The notes under the pieces: generated by a model | The model's input: the letters and a program-made list of their open reading frames with translations, nothing else | Databases searched by the model: none | Told to the model about the DNA's origin: nothing | Position numbers and translations under genes: made by a program | In this document: piece after piece, positions 32,289 to 43,184 of the stretch | Layout of the letters: every line of letters begins with the position of its first letter | How positions within the stretch are numbered: position 1 is the first letter of the stretch | Assembly (NCBI GenBank): GCA_022562795.1 | Contig: JADFOP010000002.1 | Location: 1 to 64,000, forward strand | Length of the DNA: 64,000 bases | Direction of reading: 5' to 3' | From: Nitrospinota bacterium | GTDB lineage: Bacteria; JADFOP01

Positions 32289-33149
32289 ATGACATTTGAG
32301 CTAGGCGAGTTATTGGCGGAATCCCGCCACGCCCTGCGAGAGGCGGCGATCGCCTCGGCCTCACTCGATGCCGAACTCATTTGCTGCCATGCCCAGGGAT
32401 GGGACCGAGCGCAGCTGTGGGCCCATCCCGAGGAGAGTGTTGCTCCAGATGTGGTCGAGCGGTGTCGCGCGATGGTAAAGCGCCGCGTGGACCGGGAACC
32501 CCTCGCCTATATTTTGGGGGTCAAAGAGTTCTGGTCGTTGGAGTTTCGGGTCACCCCGGCGGTCTTCATCCCTCGCCCTGAGACCGAGACGCTGGTCGGG
32601 GCCGTCCTCGATCATCTGGATGTGGAGACGACAGGCCTCCTGATCGAGGTTGGCACCGGCAGTGGCTGTGTCGCCGCGGCTCTCGGCACCGAGCGGCCCG
32701 GCCTACGAGTCGTGACCACGGATATATCGCCCGATGCCATCGCTGCTGCACGAGAGAATTTTGTCCGTCACGGCTTGGGTGAGCGGATTCAATGCCTTGT
32801 ATGCGATGTGGCCCTTGCCATAGCCCCGGACCAACCCGTCCTTGGGGTCGTGAGCAACCCGCCTTATGTGCCTCGGTCCTTCCTTTATGACCAGGTGGAT
32901 GAGGAAATTCGCTACGAGCCGCCTGAGGCCCTCGACGGCGGGCCCACAGGACTGGAGCTTGTACGAGTCGTCGTCGAGCAATCGGCGGCCATCTTGCGGC
33001 CCGGCGCCTTTCTTGCGATAGAGGTCGGCCCTGAACAGATGGCGGAGGTGGGCGTCATGTTGGCCGAGGGGCCGTGGGATCATATTGAGTTCGTCGAGGA
33101 CCTCCAGGGGGTGCCACGGGTGGTGATGGCCGACCGGATGGAGGCTTGA
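32289..33149 (+). CDS. prmC: Release factor glutamine methyltransferase
   Basis: EPLAYILG, IPRPETE, GTGSG, SNPPY, ALDGG. Confidence 0.95.
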   Translation: MTFELGELLAESRHALREAAIASASLDAELICCHAQGWDRAQLWAHPEESVAPDVVERCRAMVKRRVDREPLAYILGVKEFWSLEFRVTPAVFIPRPETETLVGAVLDHLDVETTGLLIEVGTGSGCVAAALGTERPGLRVVTTDISPDAIAAARENFVRHGLGERIQCLVCDVALAIAPDQPVLGVVSNPPYVPRSFLYDQVDEEIRYEPPEALDGGPTGLELVRVVVEQSAAILRPGAFLAIEVGPEQMAEVGVMLAEGPWDHIEFVEDLQGVPRVVMADRMEA

Positions 33150-33156
33150 CCGACGG

Positions 33157-34416
33157 GTGGATAAGATTGTCATTGAGGGCGGCGTGGCCCTTGAGGGCGT
33201 GGCCCGGGCCAGCGGATCGAAGAACGCGGTCCTTCCCCTCATGGCCTCAGCGCTCCTTACTGACGAACCCTGCCGCATATCCAACGTCCCCAGCCTTCGC
33301 GATGTCGAGACGTTTCTAACCCTCCTAGAGCGAATGGGCGTGGAGGGCGCCTTCGACCGCGAGACAGGCTTTCTCACCCTCCGTGCCGGAGAGGCGATCG
33401 CCACCGAGGCGCCCTACGAGCTCGTCAAGACCATGCGCGCCAGCGTCTTGGTGTTGGGGCCGCTCGTTGCTCGCTGGGGCGTGGCGCGGGTCAGCCTGCC
33501 CGGTGGGTGCGCGATCGGTGAGCGACCCATCGACCAACACCTCAAAGGAATGGAGGCGCTAGGGGCCACCATTGCCCTCGATCGAGGTTACATCGTCGCC
33601 CGGGCCGACCGGCTCGCCGGAGCCGAGATTATCTTCGACCTGGTCACCGTGACGGGGACCATGAACGTGCTGATGGCGGCAACCCTTGCAAGGGGCACCA
33701 CGGTGCTGGAAAACGCTGCTCGGGAGCCCGAGGTCGCCAATCTAGCCCAGGCGCTCAACAACATGGGGGCTCGCATCGAGGGCGCCGGCGGCGGCACCAT
33801 TGTCATCGAAGGGGTTGATAGCCTCCGTGGGGTGGAACATGCGGTCATCGCCGATCGGATTGAGACCGGCACCTTGCTGGCGGCAGGAGCCGTCACCGGC
33901 GGCCGAGTGATGGTTGAGGGCTGCATCCCCGAGCACCTCGAGGCCGTCACTCTGAAGCTGCAAGAGGCCGGGGCTTCTGTGGAGAAGGGGAAGGATTGGG
34001 TTCGTCTAGAGGGTCCGGCGCGTCTCAACCCCTTTATCTTGGAGACCGCTCCCTACCCAGGTTTCCCTACGGACATGCAGGCGCAACTTATGGCCCTGGC
34101 GACCCTGGCAGACGGCACCAGCTTCATCACGGAGAACATCTTTGAGAACCGTATGTTGCACGTCGCGGAGCTTCGCCGCATGGGGGCCGACATCACGCTA
34201 AGGGGCAACACGGCTATAGTCCGTGGCGTGGACCGGCTATCTGCCGCACCCCTCATGGCTTCGGATCTAAGGGCCTCGGCCGCGCTCGTCCTGGCGGGTC
34301 TGACGGTCAAGGGGCGAACCGAGGTCTCCCGAGTCTACCATCTCGATCGAGGCTACGAGCGGTTGGAGGAGAAGCTCCAGGCCTTTGGGGCGGCCGTTCG
34401 GCGGGAGCCGGCGTAA
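33157..34416 (+). CDS. murA: UDP-N-acetylglucosamine 1-carboxyvinyltransferase
   Basis: [35 protein letters not shown]. Confidence 0.97.
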   Translation: MDKIVIEGGVALEGVARASGSKNAVLPLMASALLTDEPCRISNVPSLRDVETFLTLLERMGVEGAFDRETGFLTLRAGEAIATEAPYELVKTMRASVLVLGPLVARWGVARVSLPGGCAIGERPIDQHLKGMEALGATIALDRGYIVARADRLAGAEIIFDLVTVTGTMNVLMAATLARGTTVLENAAREPEVANLAQALNNMGARIEGAGGGTIVIEGVDSLRGVEHAVIADRIETGTLLAAGAVTGGRVMVEGCIPEHLEAVTLKLQEAGASVEKGKDWVRLEGPARLNPFILETAPYPGFPTDMQAQLMALATLADGTSFITENIFENRMLHVAELRRMGADITLRGNTAIVRGVDRLSAAPLMASDLRASAALVLAGLTVKGRTEVSRVYHLDRGYERLEEKLQAFGAAVRREPA

Positions 34417-34435
34417 GGGTGGAGGGCGCAAAGCC

Positions 34436-35740
34436 GTGAAGCTCTACCGAACGGGAGAAGCGGCCTTCGACGAGGCCTTGGAGCGGCTCACCAGCAGGAT
34501 GGAGCTATTCAGCTCCGATGTCATTAAGGTCGTCGACGACATCGTGGCCGATGTACGCGCCGAGGGTGATGAGGCCCTGGTGCGCTACACGGAGCAGTTC
34601 GATGGGCTGCGGCTCTCCCTGGAGGAGATTCGCGTGCCTCCATCGGCTTTCAAAGAGGCCGCCCGGCGGGTCGGGCGCTCCACCTTGCGGGCCCTGAGGG
34701 TCGCCGCCGATCGAATCGAAGCCTACCACCGGCGTCAGGTGGAAGACGGATGGTCCTACGATGAAGATGGGGAGATCTCCCTGGGGCTCCTGGTTCGGCC
34801 CCTCCACCGGGTGGGGCTATATGTGCCGGGGGGAAAGGCCGCCTACCCATCAACGGTGCTTATGAGCGCCATCCCCGCCCGAGTGGCCGGGGTGGAAGAG
34901 CTCGCCATGTGTGTGCCCTCGCAGACGAAGCGTCCGAAGCCCGTGGTCCTGGCGGCGGCCCTGGTGGCTGGCATTGAGGAGGTCTACCGGGTGGGAGGCG
35001 CCCAGGCCATCGCCGCCTTAGCCTACGGGACGGAGACGATCCCACGGGTGGATAAAATCGTCGGTCCGGGCAATGTCTACGTGGCGGCCGCCAAGCGGGC
35101 CGTCTACGGGCTGGTGGATATCGACATGCTGGCTGGGCCGAGCGAAATCGTCGTGGTTGCCGACGAGTCGGCGGAGGCAGACTTCGTCGCCGCCGATCTC
35201 CTCTCCCAGCTTGAGCATGACGAGCTGGCGGTGGCGGTCCTAGTCACCACGTCGGAGGCCCTGGCGAGCGATGTTAAGCGGGAGGTGGCGGCGCAGAAGC
35301 GCCGGCTTAAGAGAAAGCGAATTATCGGGGCGGCCCTTAAGGGCCTATCGGCCATCTTCGTCGTGGAGAGCCTCCTTGAGGCGACGGAGGTGGCAAACGC
35401 CGTGGCGCCGGAGCACCTGGAGCTTGCGGTGAAGGAGCCATTAAAGCTTCTGCCCCTCATCTCGAACGCAGGGGCCGTCTTCCTGGGCAACTACACGCCC
35501 GAGGCGGTCGGGGATTATCTGGCCGGCCCAAGCCACGTGCTCCCGACGGGCGGCACGGCCCGATTCTCTTCACCTCTGGGGGTCTACGATTTCATCAAGC
35601 GCTCTAGCGTCATCTCCACATCACGGGAGGCGCTCAAGAAGCTGGCCAAGACGACCATAGCCTTGGCAGAGCTCGAGGGGCTCGACGCGCACGCGGAGGC
35701 CGTACGCCTGCGGCTGAGGCGCCGCAGACGAAAGAAATGA
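34436..35740 (+). CDS. hisD: Histidinol dehydrogenase
   Basis: GLYVPGG, GPGN, DMLAGPSE, APEHLEL, GDYLAGPSHVLPT. Confidence 0.97.
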   Translation: MKLYRTGEAAFDEALERLTSRMELFSSDVIKVVDDIVADVRAEGDEALVRYTEQFDGLRLSLEEIRVPPSAFKEAARRVGRSTLRALRVAADRIEAYHRRQVEDGWSYDEDGEISLGLLVRPLHRVGLYVPGGKAAYPSTVLMSAIPARVAGVEELAMCVPSQTKRPKPVVLAAALVAGIEEVYRVGGAQAIAALAYGTETIPRVDKIVGPGNVYVAAAKRAVYGLVDIDMLAGPSEIVVVADESAEADFVAADLLSQLEHDELAVAVLVTTSEALASDVKREVAAQKRRLKRKRIIGAALKGLSAIFVVESLLEATEVANAVAPEHLELAVKEPLKLLPLISNAGAVFLGNYTPEAVGDYLAGPSHVLPTGGTARFSSPLGVYDFIKRSSVISTSREALKKLAKTTIALAELEGLDAHAEAVRLRLRRRRRKK

Positions 35741-35886
35741 GAAAATCCGGGTCCTTTGAGGAGTCGGTTCATAATTCTTAATCTCTCGTCTACTTTTTTT
35801 AGTAAAACTCCTGTAGATTAAGAAACCATCGAAGGAATGTATTGATTTTCTGACCCTCAGGTGCGAGGCCCTCAGGGCCCGTCGGG

Positions 35887-36969
35887 GTGGTGGTTATGGA
35901 CCCAAGCCGACTCATCAAGCCGAGCGTTAGGGCAATGGAGGCCTACGAGGCCCCAGTCTACCCCTGCCGGGTAAAGCTCGATGCCGCCGAAGGCCCCTAC
36001 CCGCCTCCGCCGCCCTTGGCCGAGCGGCTGGCCGCGCTGGCCCGGAGCCTCCCTTACCATCGCTATCCGGCGGCCGACGCGGCGGAGTTGAAGAAGGCCC
36101 TTGCGACCTGGTACCGCACAGGCCCGGAGACAATGGTCGTCGGCAACGGCTCGGATGAGCTCATCCAGCTTCTCTGCACCGTCTTTGGGGGCGCGGGCAC
36201 AAAGGTCCTCCTGCCCGACCCGACATTCGCCATGTACGGCATTATTGCACGGACTCTGGAGATGGAGCCGGTTGAGGTGGCTCTCGAGAAGGACTGGTCT
36301 CTCGACGGGGAAGCTATGGTCGAGGCCCTGGCCGACGAGGCGGTCCGTCTCGTCTTCCTGGCCTCGCCGAACAACCCCACGGGCAACCGCTTCGACGAGG
36401 AGACGATCAGGGCCATCGTCGAGGCAGAGCGGGCCCTCGTCGTGATTGACGAGGCGTACGGCGAGTTCGCCGCCTCGAGCCTAACGGGTTTAGTCGAGCG
36501 GAGCCCGCACGTGGCCGTCCTTCGGTCGTGTTCTAAGATGGGCTTGGCGGGCCTTCGCCTGGGCACCCTCATCGCAAGCCCTCCGGTGGTGGCGGCGGTG
36601 GAGAAGGTGCGATTGCCCTACAATGTCAACAGCTTCACACAGGCTGCGGTCCGGCTGGCGCTGGAACACCGTGAAGCCCTGGAGGAGCAAATCGAGGCCG
36701 TACGGGCCGATCGGGCCAGCCTCTTCAAAGCCCTCGAGGCCCAGCCGGGGGTCACTCCATATCCTTCGGAGGCCAACTTCGTGCTATTTAGGGTGGACGA
36801 GGTTGGGGCCGAGACCGTCCACGAGCGGCTCCTTGAGGCCGGGGTTCTGGTGCGCTTCTTCGGTGGGCCGGGCCGGCTGGGTAAGTGCTTGCGAGTAACC
36901 GTTGGTAGACCCGAGGAAAATGAGGCCTTCGTGACGGCCCTGGGCGCCGCGATTAAGGCCGAATCGTGA
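35887..36969 (+). CDS. hisC: Histidinol-phosphate aminotransferase
   Basis: [33 protein letters not shown]; his operon context. Confidence 0.93.
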   Translation: MVVMDPSRLIKPSVRAMEAYEAPVYPCRVKLDAAEGPYPPPPPLAERLAALARSLPYHRYPAADAAELKKALATWYRTGPETMVVGNGSDELIQLLCTVFGGAGTKVLLPDPTFAMYGIIARTLEMEPVEVALEKDWSLDGEAMVEALADEAVRLVFLASPNNPTGNRFDEETIRAIVEAERALVVIDEAYGEFAASSLTGLVERSPHVAVLRSCSKMGLAGLRLGTLIASPPVVAAVEKVRLPYNVNSFTQAAVRLALEHREALEEQIEAVRADRASLFKALEAQPGVTPYPSEANFVLFRVDEVGAETVHERLLEAGVLVRFFGGPGRLGKCLRVTVGRPEENEAFVTALGAAIKAES

Positions 36970-36979
36970 GGAGACGAAA

Positions 36980-37567
36980 ATGGCGCGGAATGCGGAGGTA
37001 GAGCGCAAAACTAAGGAGACCCAGGTGCGCGTGAGCCTCGATATCGACGGGACCGGCGCATACGAGGTGGATACCGGGGTCCCGTTCTTCGACCACATGC
37101 TCAACCTCTTCGCCAAGCACGGCCTCTTCGACCTCACGGTGGAGGCATCAGGCGACGTCGAGGTGGACTACCACCACACGGTGGAAGATGTGGGCATCGT
37201 CCTGGGCCAGGCCCTACGGGAGGCCGTGGGTGACAAGGTGGGCCTCCGGCGCTACGGCCAGGCCACCGTCCCCATGATCGAGAGCCTGGCGACCTGTGTT
37301 CTCGACCTCTCCGGCAGGTCAAATCTCGTCTACCGGGTCGATGCCGCCAAGGAGAAGGTGGGGCAGTTTGATGTGGAGCTCGTCGAGGAGTTTTTCCGGG
37401 CCCTCGCGGGCGAAGCCGGCCTCGACCTCCACCTCACGCTCCACTACGGCTCGAACTCGCACCATATCGTCGAGGCTCTCTTCAAGAGCTTCGCCAAAGC
37501 GCTCGACGCCGCTACCTCGATTGACCCCCGCGTGGAGGGGGTGCCGTCGACCAAGGGGACCCTCTAG
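36980..37567 (+). CDS. hisB: Imidazoleglycerol-phosphate dehydratase
   Basis: [26 protein letters not shown]. Confidence 0.97.
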   Translation: MARNAEVERKTKETQVRVSLDIDGTGAYEVDTGVPFFDHMLNLFAKHGLFDLTVEASGDVEVDYHHTVEDVGIVLGQALREAVGDKVGLRRYGQATVPMIESLATCVLDLSGRSNLVYRVDAAKEKVGQFDVELVEEFFRALAGEAGLDLHLTLHYGSNSHHIVEALFKSFAKALDAATSIDPRVEGVPSTKGTL

Positions 37568-37578
37568 ACGAGGCTATA

Positions 37579-38205
37579 GTGATTGCGATCATAGACTACG
37601 GGGTGGGCAACCTCCGAAGCGTCCAGAAGAGCTTCGAGAAGGTCGGCCACGAGGCCCTCGTCACGAGCGATGCGGAGAGCATCGCCGCAGCCGACGCGGT
37701 GGTCCTGCCGGGGGTGGGCGCATTCCGGGCCTGCATGGAGAACCTCAAGGAGTACGGCCTCGTCGAGGCCGTCTACCAGGCGGTGGAGAGCGGTAGGCCC
37801 TTCCTCGGCATCTGCGTGGGCATGCAGATTCTATTCACCGAGTGCGATGAGTTCGGCCACGCCAAGGGTTTGGGCATCTTTGAGGGCCCCGTGGTCCGAT
37901 TTCCTGATGGAGAGTCGGCCGGGGGGCAGGCCCTTAAGGTGCCCCATATGGGTTGGAACCAGCTCACTATCCAGCGCTCGGCGCCCATCTTCGCCGATGT
38001 GGCCGAGGGCGAATACGTCTATTTCGTCCACTCCTACTACCCGCAGCCGGCCGACCCGTCCATCGTATCGGCTACGACCACCTACGGGGTGGAATTCGCA
38101 AGCTCCATCTGGAAGGAGCATATTGTGGCAACCCAGTTCCACCCGGAGAAGAGCCAGACCGTGGGCCTCAAGATTATCAAAGCCTTTGGAGCGCTTGTAG
38201 GGTGA
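37579..38205 (+). CDS. hisH: Imidazole glycerol phosphate synthase, glutaminase subunit
   Basis: LPGVG, GICVGMQ, VPHMGWN, QFHPEKS. Confidence 0.97.
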   Translation: MIAIIDYGVGNLRSVQKSFEKVGHEALVTSDAESIAAADAVVLPGVGAFRACMENLKEYGLVEAVYQAVESGRPFLGICVGMQILFTECDEFGHAKGLGIFEGPVVRFPDGESAGGQALKVPHMGWNQLTIQRSAPIFADVAEGEYVYFVHSYYPQPADPSIVSATTTYGVEFASSIWKEHIVATQFHPEKSQTVGLKIIKAFGALVG

Positions 38206-38930
38206 TTCTATATCCCGCCATCGACATCCAGGGGGGCCGGTGCGTCCGCCTGTTTCAGGGACGGATGGAAGAGGCGACGGTCTACGGGGATGATCCGGCG
38301 GCGATGGCCCGCCGCTGGGTAGATGAAGGAGCCGGGGCCCTCCACGTTGTCGACCTCGATGGTGCGCGGAATGGTCGGCCCCAGAATGTTGATGAAGTGC
38401 TCGCCATTCGCAGCGCGGTGGCCGTTCCCATCCAGGTCGGCGGAGGGCTGCGCTCCCACGAGGCCGCGGAGGCCTATCTCGAGGCGGGAATCGAGCGGGT
38501 AGTGCTCGGCACGCGGGCGGCGGTGGACGCGGATTTTCTCGCAGAGCTTTGCGCAGCCCACCCCGGCCGGGTGGCGGTGGGCATTGACGCCCGGGACGGC
38601 CGGGTGGCCCTTAAGGGCTGGACGGAGATCATCCCACTCGAAGCGGGCGAGCTCGCCCGGAGGGTCGAGAAAATTGGAGCCTCAGCGATAATCTATACCG
38701 ACATCGCCCGCGACGGTACCCTCACGGGGCCGAACGTGGAGGCCGTCGCGGCCGTGGCCCGAGGGGTAGCGCTCCCGGTCATCGCCTCAGGCGGGGTCGC
38801 TACGGTCGAGGACCTTCGCTCGCTCAAGGCCCTGGCTGCCGACGGGGTCGAAGGCGTCATCGTGGGAAAGGCTCTCTACGAGGGGACCGTCTCGGTCGCC
38901 GAGGCCCTGTCGGTCCTGTCGGAGCCGTGA
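38202..38930 (+). CDS. hisA: ProFAR isomerase
   Basis: PAIDIQGGRCVRL.QG, HVVDLDGA, TDIARDGTL. GTG overlaps the hisH stop. Confidence 0.96.
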   Translation: MILYPAIDIQGGRCVRLFQGRMEEATVYGDDPAAMARRWVDEGAGALHVVDLDGARNGRPQNVDEVLAIRSAVAVPIQVGGGLRSHEAAEAYLEAGIERVVLGTRAAVDADFLAELCAAHPGRVAVGIDARDGRVALKGWTEIIPLEAGELARRVEKIGASAIIYTDIARDGTLTGPNVEAVAAVARGVALPVIASGGVATVEDLRSLKALAADGVEGVIVGKALYEGTVSVAEALSVLSEP

Positions 38931-38933
38931 GCG

Positions 38934-39701
38934 ATGCTCGCCAAGCGGGTCATACCGTGCCTCGATGTCCGAGACGGTCGCGTGGTCAAAGGAGTAAAGT
39001 TCGTCAACATCCGCGATGCCGGCGACCCTGTGGAGGTGGCCCACATTTACGATGAACAGGGCGCCGACGAGGTGGTCTTTCTTGACATCACCGCCAGCCA
39101 CGAGCGGCGTAAGATTCTCCTGGATGTGGTCCAGGTCACGGCCGAGCGCTGCTTCATGCCCCTTACGGTCGGCGGCGGTGTCCGCGACATAGACGACATC
39201 CGGACCCTGCTCCAAAACGGGGCCGACAAGGTGGCCATCAACACGGCGGCGGTCAGGGACCCCAAAGCGGTTGAGCGCGGGGCGAGGCGATTCGGAAGCC
39301 AGTGCATTGTGGTGGCCATAGATGCCAAGCGGCGCACCGGCGTGGAGCCTTCCTCTTGGGAGGTCTACACCCACGGGGGGCGGACCCCTACTGGGCTCGA
39401 CGCCGTAGAGTGGGCCGTCGAGGTGGAGCGGTTGGGAGCGGGGGAGATTCTGTTGACCAGCATGGACCGAGACGGCACCAAAGACGGCTACGACCTCGAG
39501 CTCACCCGGATGGTGAGCGATGCGGTGGGCATCCCGGTCATCGCCTCAGGGGGCGTGGGAACCCTGGAGCACCTCTACGAGGGGCTTGCCGAAGGGAAGG
39601 CCGACGCCGTGCTCGCGGCCAGCATCTTCCACTACCGTGAATACACGGTGGGCGAGGCGAAGGCCTATCTAAAAGAGCGGGGCATCCCCGTCCGTCTGTA
39701 A
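38934..39701 (+). CDS. hisF: Imidazole glycerol phosphate synthase, cyclase subunit
   Basis: [30 protein letters not shown]. Confidence 0.97.
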   Translation: MLAKRVIPCLDVRDGRVVKGVKFVNIRDAGDPVEVAHIYDEQGADEVVFLDITASHERRKILLDVVQVTAERCFMPLTVGGGVRDIDDIRTLLQNGADKVAINTAAVRDPKAVERGARRFGSQCIVVAIDAKRRTGVEPSSWEVYTHGGRTPTGLDAVEWAVEVERLGAGEILLTSMDRDGTKDGYDLELTRMVSDAVGIPVIASGGVGTLEHLYEGLAEGKADAVLAASIFHYREYTVGEAKAYLKERGIPVRL

Positions 39702-39714
39702 GGAGGAGAAGCCC

Positions 39715-40377
39715 ATGGAGGTCGACATACCAGCGGAGCTCAAATACGACGCTCAGGGGCTCATCCCGACCGTGGTCCAGGAGCTCGACGGACGGGTCCT
39801 CATGGTGGCGTACATGAATGCCGAGAGCCTGTCCATGACCATCGAGAGCGGCTATACCCACTTTTGGAGCCGATCGCGCCAAAAATTCTGGAAAAAGGGT
39901 GAGACGAGCGGCCACACTCAAAGGGTCCGCCGCCTATGGTACGACTGCGACTCCGATTGCCTGCTCGTCCAGGTGGAGCAGACGGGCCCGGCCTGCCACA
40001 CGGGCGAGCCGACCTGCTTTTTCCAGCCCGTCGAGGCCGACTTCGGCGAGGCCGTCCCGCCCGCCGCTGGGCCGGAAGTTTTCGACCGCCTGGCCGCCGT
40101 CATCGAGGATAGGAAGGCCGACGATCAGGATGATTCCTACGTGGCACGCCTTTCGAGGGAGGGCGGATCTGGAATTTCCCGGAAAATGATGGAGACCGCC
40201 GAAGAGGCGGCCCGTGCGGCACATGATAAAGACCCCCAAGCCCTGGTCCAGGAGATGGCCGACCTCTGGTTCCACACCCTGGTATTGCTGGCCGACTCGG
40301 GTGTCGAGCCTAAGAACGTCTACGGCGAGCTGGCGAGCCGATTCGGCTCCTCCGGGATGAAAGACGACGAGGGCTAA
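39715..40377 (+). CDS. hisIE: Bifunctional phosphoribosyl-AMP cyclohydrolase / phosphoribosyl-ATP diphosphatase
   Basis: [19 protein letters not shown]-terminal EMADLWFH. Confidence 0.93.
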   Translation: MEVDIPAELKYDAQGLIPTVVQELDGRVLMVAYMNAESLSMTIESGYTHFWSRSRQKFWKKGETSGHTQRVRRLWYDCDSDCLLVQVEQTGPACHTGEPTCFFQPVEADFGEAVPPAAGPEVFDRLAAVIEDRKADDQDDSYVARLSREGGSGISRKMMETAEEAARAAHDKDPQALVQEMADLWFHTLVLLADSGVEPKNVYGELASRFGSSGMKDDEG

Positions 40378-40449
40378 GAAACGTCATACGTTAGGGGCGC
40401 TCTAGAGTAAAATTGAGACAAAAATCCTAGCAAGCTACCTCTCGCCACT

Positions 40450-41292
40450 TCAGCGTTCGGCGGCCATCTGGCCGATTGCGACGCGGGCCTTCGCGGCGAG
40501 GTGGTGGGAGGGATATTCGGTCTCCAGCTCCTTCCATCGCTTGAGAGCTTGAACCTTGTCATTGAGCCTGTGGAATGACTCCCCCGCATGATAGAGCGCA
40601 TCGGGCCGCTTGGGGCTCTCGGGAGCCCTCTCGAGCAGCTGGCTTAAGCTCGAGGCAGCCGCCATCGGTCGGCCTCGGGCCAGCTCTGCCCGGCCAATGA
40701 GCAAAAGCGCCTCATCAGCCTTCTTCCCATCCTTGGTCCGCTCTAGGTAGAGTTCCAGCTTCTCGACAGCCGCCTCGATCTCTCCGGCCTCAAAGTGACG
40801 TTGGCCGAGCCGGAAGAGCTCATTGGACGACCGCTCTCTGATAATCGAAATTGGACGTCGTACAATCTTGTTGAGGCGCGAGAGGACTGAAGCCACTTTT
40901 CCCGTAGCCGATTTCAACACCGTAGGCGGAGGGGGTGGAAGGGGCGTAGCCTTTGGTGATGGGTCTTTAGGGGGCGGGCGGCGGGCGGCCAGGGGAAAGG
41001 GCTCTTCGGTCGGCGCCGGCAGATTCGCCAAGGGATTATCGCCAACGGAGGATAACCACGGGTGGTCGGAGAGGCGCGCCATCTTGCGCTCGACGGAGTC
41101 GAGACGTCGGGTAAGCTGGTCCCGCTCACGGCGTAGCGAGGAGACCTGACCCTCCAGATCCTCCACATGCTTCTCTATAAAGTAAGTATCGGGAGCGGCG
41201 TCCCTTCTCATGCGGGGCAGGGCCGTGCAGCCAGCGATGAGGAAAAACATGGCGCAGCAGCATGCAGCAACCACCTTTCCCCGTATTCTCAT
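40450..41292 (-). CDS. CpoB/YbgF-like lipoprotein (coiled coil + TPR)
   Basis: LIAGC lipobox, coiled coil, Pro-rich linker, TPR ending in SPKRPDAL...YPSH. Confidence 0.75.
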   Translation of the reverse strand: MRIRGKVVAACCCAMFFLIAGCTALPRMRRDAAPDTYFIEKHVEDLEGQVSSLRRERDQLTRRLDSVERKMARLSDHPWLSSVGDNPLANLPAPTEEPFPLAARRPPPKDPSPKATPLPPPPPTVLKSATGKVASVLSRLNKIVRRPISIIRERSSNELFRLGQRHFEAGEIEAAVEKLELYLERTKDGKKADEALLLIGRAELARGRPMAAASSLSQLLERAPESPKRPDALYHAGESFHRLNDKVQALKRWKELETEYPSHHLAAKARVAIGQMAAER

Positions 41293-41361
41293 GCTGCCCT
41301 CGTTCAGAATTAAGAGAGTAGGGTCGAGCGCGCCAGGGGTCTTGTCTCTCCGCCGGGCTCC

Positions 41362-43137
41362 TTAGCTTCCGGAAATCGGCCTCTTAGCGGCCCTCTTAAA
41401 CTTCGCCAACCGGCTCCGGTAGTATGGTTTATCGGGGGCCTTATTTATGGCATGTTGAATCAGGCGAAGGGCCTCTTTGTACTCTTGGCGCTGGAAGCGA
41501 ACCTCGGCTAACGTGTCCAGGAAGATGGGGCTTTCCGGTTTAATCTCCAAGGACCGCTGCGACATCCTTGCGGCCTCGCCTAAGTTTCGCCCTTGAATGG
41601 CATATAGCCAGGCAAGCCGATTCAACGCCTCAACATGGTTCGGGTCGTGCTTCAGCGCATTCAACAAGGCTTGCGTAGCCCGATTTAATTTTTTCTTCCT
41701 ATAGAGCAAATGGCCTATGCGGTAATGGACTTCAGCGTCCTCGGGGTGGCCGGCAACAACCCGCTCCAGAAGCTCAAGGGCATCGGTGCTGCGCCCTTGG
41801 GTCTGCAGGCGCTCGGCCACGCCGACAGAGGCCCGGGGGTTCATGGGCTCTCTCGCCAACACCTCTCTCCAGTGGCGAAGCGCATTGGTCGGCTGAAGCT
41901 GAAGACGGTAGAGTTCGGCAAGCGTCAACCGCAAGGGTACATCGTCGGGCAGGGCGGCGACAGCCTTCTCGAGCGTTGCCATGGCCTTCTTCCGCTTGCC
42001 CAACCGAAGGTATATGTCGGCGGCCGTGCGAAAGGTCTCCAGCCGTCGGGGGTCCTTTGAGGCCACCTCGGCGAAGAGATCGGCAGCCCGTCCACCGTCG
42101 CCCGCTTCCAGCATCACCCCGGCCAGGGCGAGTTTGAACTCAATGTCCTCGGGACGCTTTTTTACCAACGCCTGATACGTTGAGATGGCTTTGCGAAGTT
42201 GGCCTTGCCGTTCGTAGAGGGCGGCCAGTCGGAGGGGAACCTCGGCCTGGTGTGGGTAGAGCTTGCCGAGGCGCTCGTAAATGGCCAAGGCCTGTGCCGA
42301 CTCTCCAAGCTTTTCATTCAGTTCGGCCACCGCCAAGAGGAGCGCCTCATCATTGGGGTTCTTTTCCAAAACGCTCCTGTAATGACCTAAGGCCTCTTTG
42401 GGACGTCCCTCGATGGCGTAGAGCTCCGCCAGGCGGCGGCGGACTGCGATGTGTCCTGGAGAGAGCTCGAGGACTCGCTCGTAATAAGATATGGCATCGG
42501 ACTGTCGACCTTGGACGAAAGCAACGTTAGCGAGCCCCAAGACCGCTCGTTCACTGCGAGGCTGGGATTGGAAAGCCGTATCGTACAAGCGCCAAGCTCT
42601 ACCGTAATCCTTCCTTGAGACCGCCTCCTCGGCGGCCGCCAGCAGGCCTGGGGGGGGTGTGGAGCTTACCATTGCGGGCCGCGAGCGCGAGAGGGCCCAG
42701 CCCCCCGCCAAGAGCAGAAGGGCGGCGGCCACGGCGATTGGGACGAGCCGTCCCACAGCCTTGGCCCGACGAGACCACCCCAGGGAGACGGGGCGGACGA
42801 ATCCCTCAGGGCGCTCCATGACAACGCGGCCACGCAGGGTGGCGCCGTCCTGGACCGACAGCCACGGCGTATTCAGGGCCCCCTCGACGATGGAGCCGGC
42901 AAGCAAGACCAGGCGTTTGCGGGCGGTTATCGTTCCTTCCAGCCGACCCCGACAAAGAACCTCCCCAACGTCAGCCTCGGCCCGCACAAGACCGGCGGGG
43001 CCAACCTCCAGCAAGCCCTCTGACTCAACCCGGCCCTCGACCGTCCCGTGAACCTGGAAGGTGCCCCGGAAGCGCAACGTGCCTGAGAGGCGGGCTTTGG
43101 GGCCGATATATGAGGTGAGGTGTTTAGGCCGTGTCAT
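41362..43137 (-). CDS. Bactofilin domain-TM-TPR fusion protein
   Basis: N-terminal beta-helix pattern (IG...LSGTLRF.GT..V.G.VEG...V.G.L..P.L.V.DGA.L.G), one TM, then many TPRs. Confidence 0.8.
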   Translation of the reverse strand: MTRPKHLTSYIGPKARLSGTLRFRGTFQVHGTVEGRVESEGLLEVGPAGLVRAEADVGEVLCRGRLEGTITARKRLVLLAGSIVEGALNTPWLSVQDGATLRGRVVMERPEGFVRPVSLGWSRRAKAVGRLVPIAVAAALLLLAGGWALSRSRPAMVSSTPPPGLLAAAEEAVSRKDYGRAWRLYDTAFQSQPRSERAVLGLANVAFVQGRQSDAISYYERVLELSPGHIAVRRRLAELYAIEGRPKEALGHYRSVLEKNPNDEALLLAVAELNEKLGESAQALAIYERLGKLYPHQAEVPLRLAALYERQGQLRKAISTYQALVKKRPEDIEFKLALAGVMLEAGDGGRAADLFAEVASKDPRRLETFRTAADIYLRLGKRKKAMATLEKAVAALPDDVPLRLTLAELYRLQLQPTNALRHWREVLAREPMNPRASVGVAERLQTQGRSTDALELLERVVAGHPEDAEVHYRIGHLLYRKKKLNRATQALLNALKHDPNHVEALNRLAWLYAIQGRNLGEAARMSQRSLEIKPESPIFLDTLAEVRFQRQEYKEALRLIQHAINKAPDKPYYRSRLAKFKRAAKRPISGS

Positions 43138-43184
43138 ACACGTCTCCGAGACAAGGGCCAAGGAGCCGACTTAGCGTTCACGAT

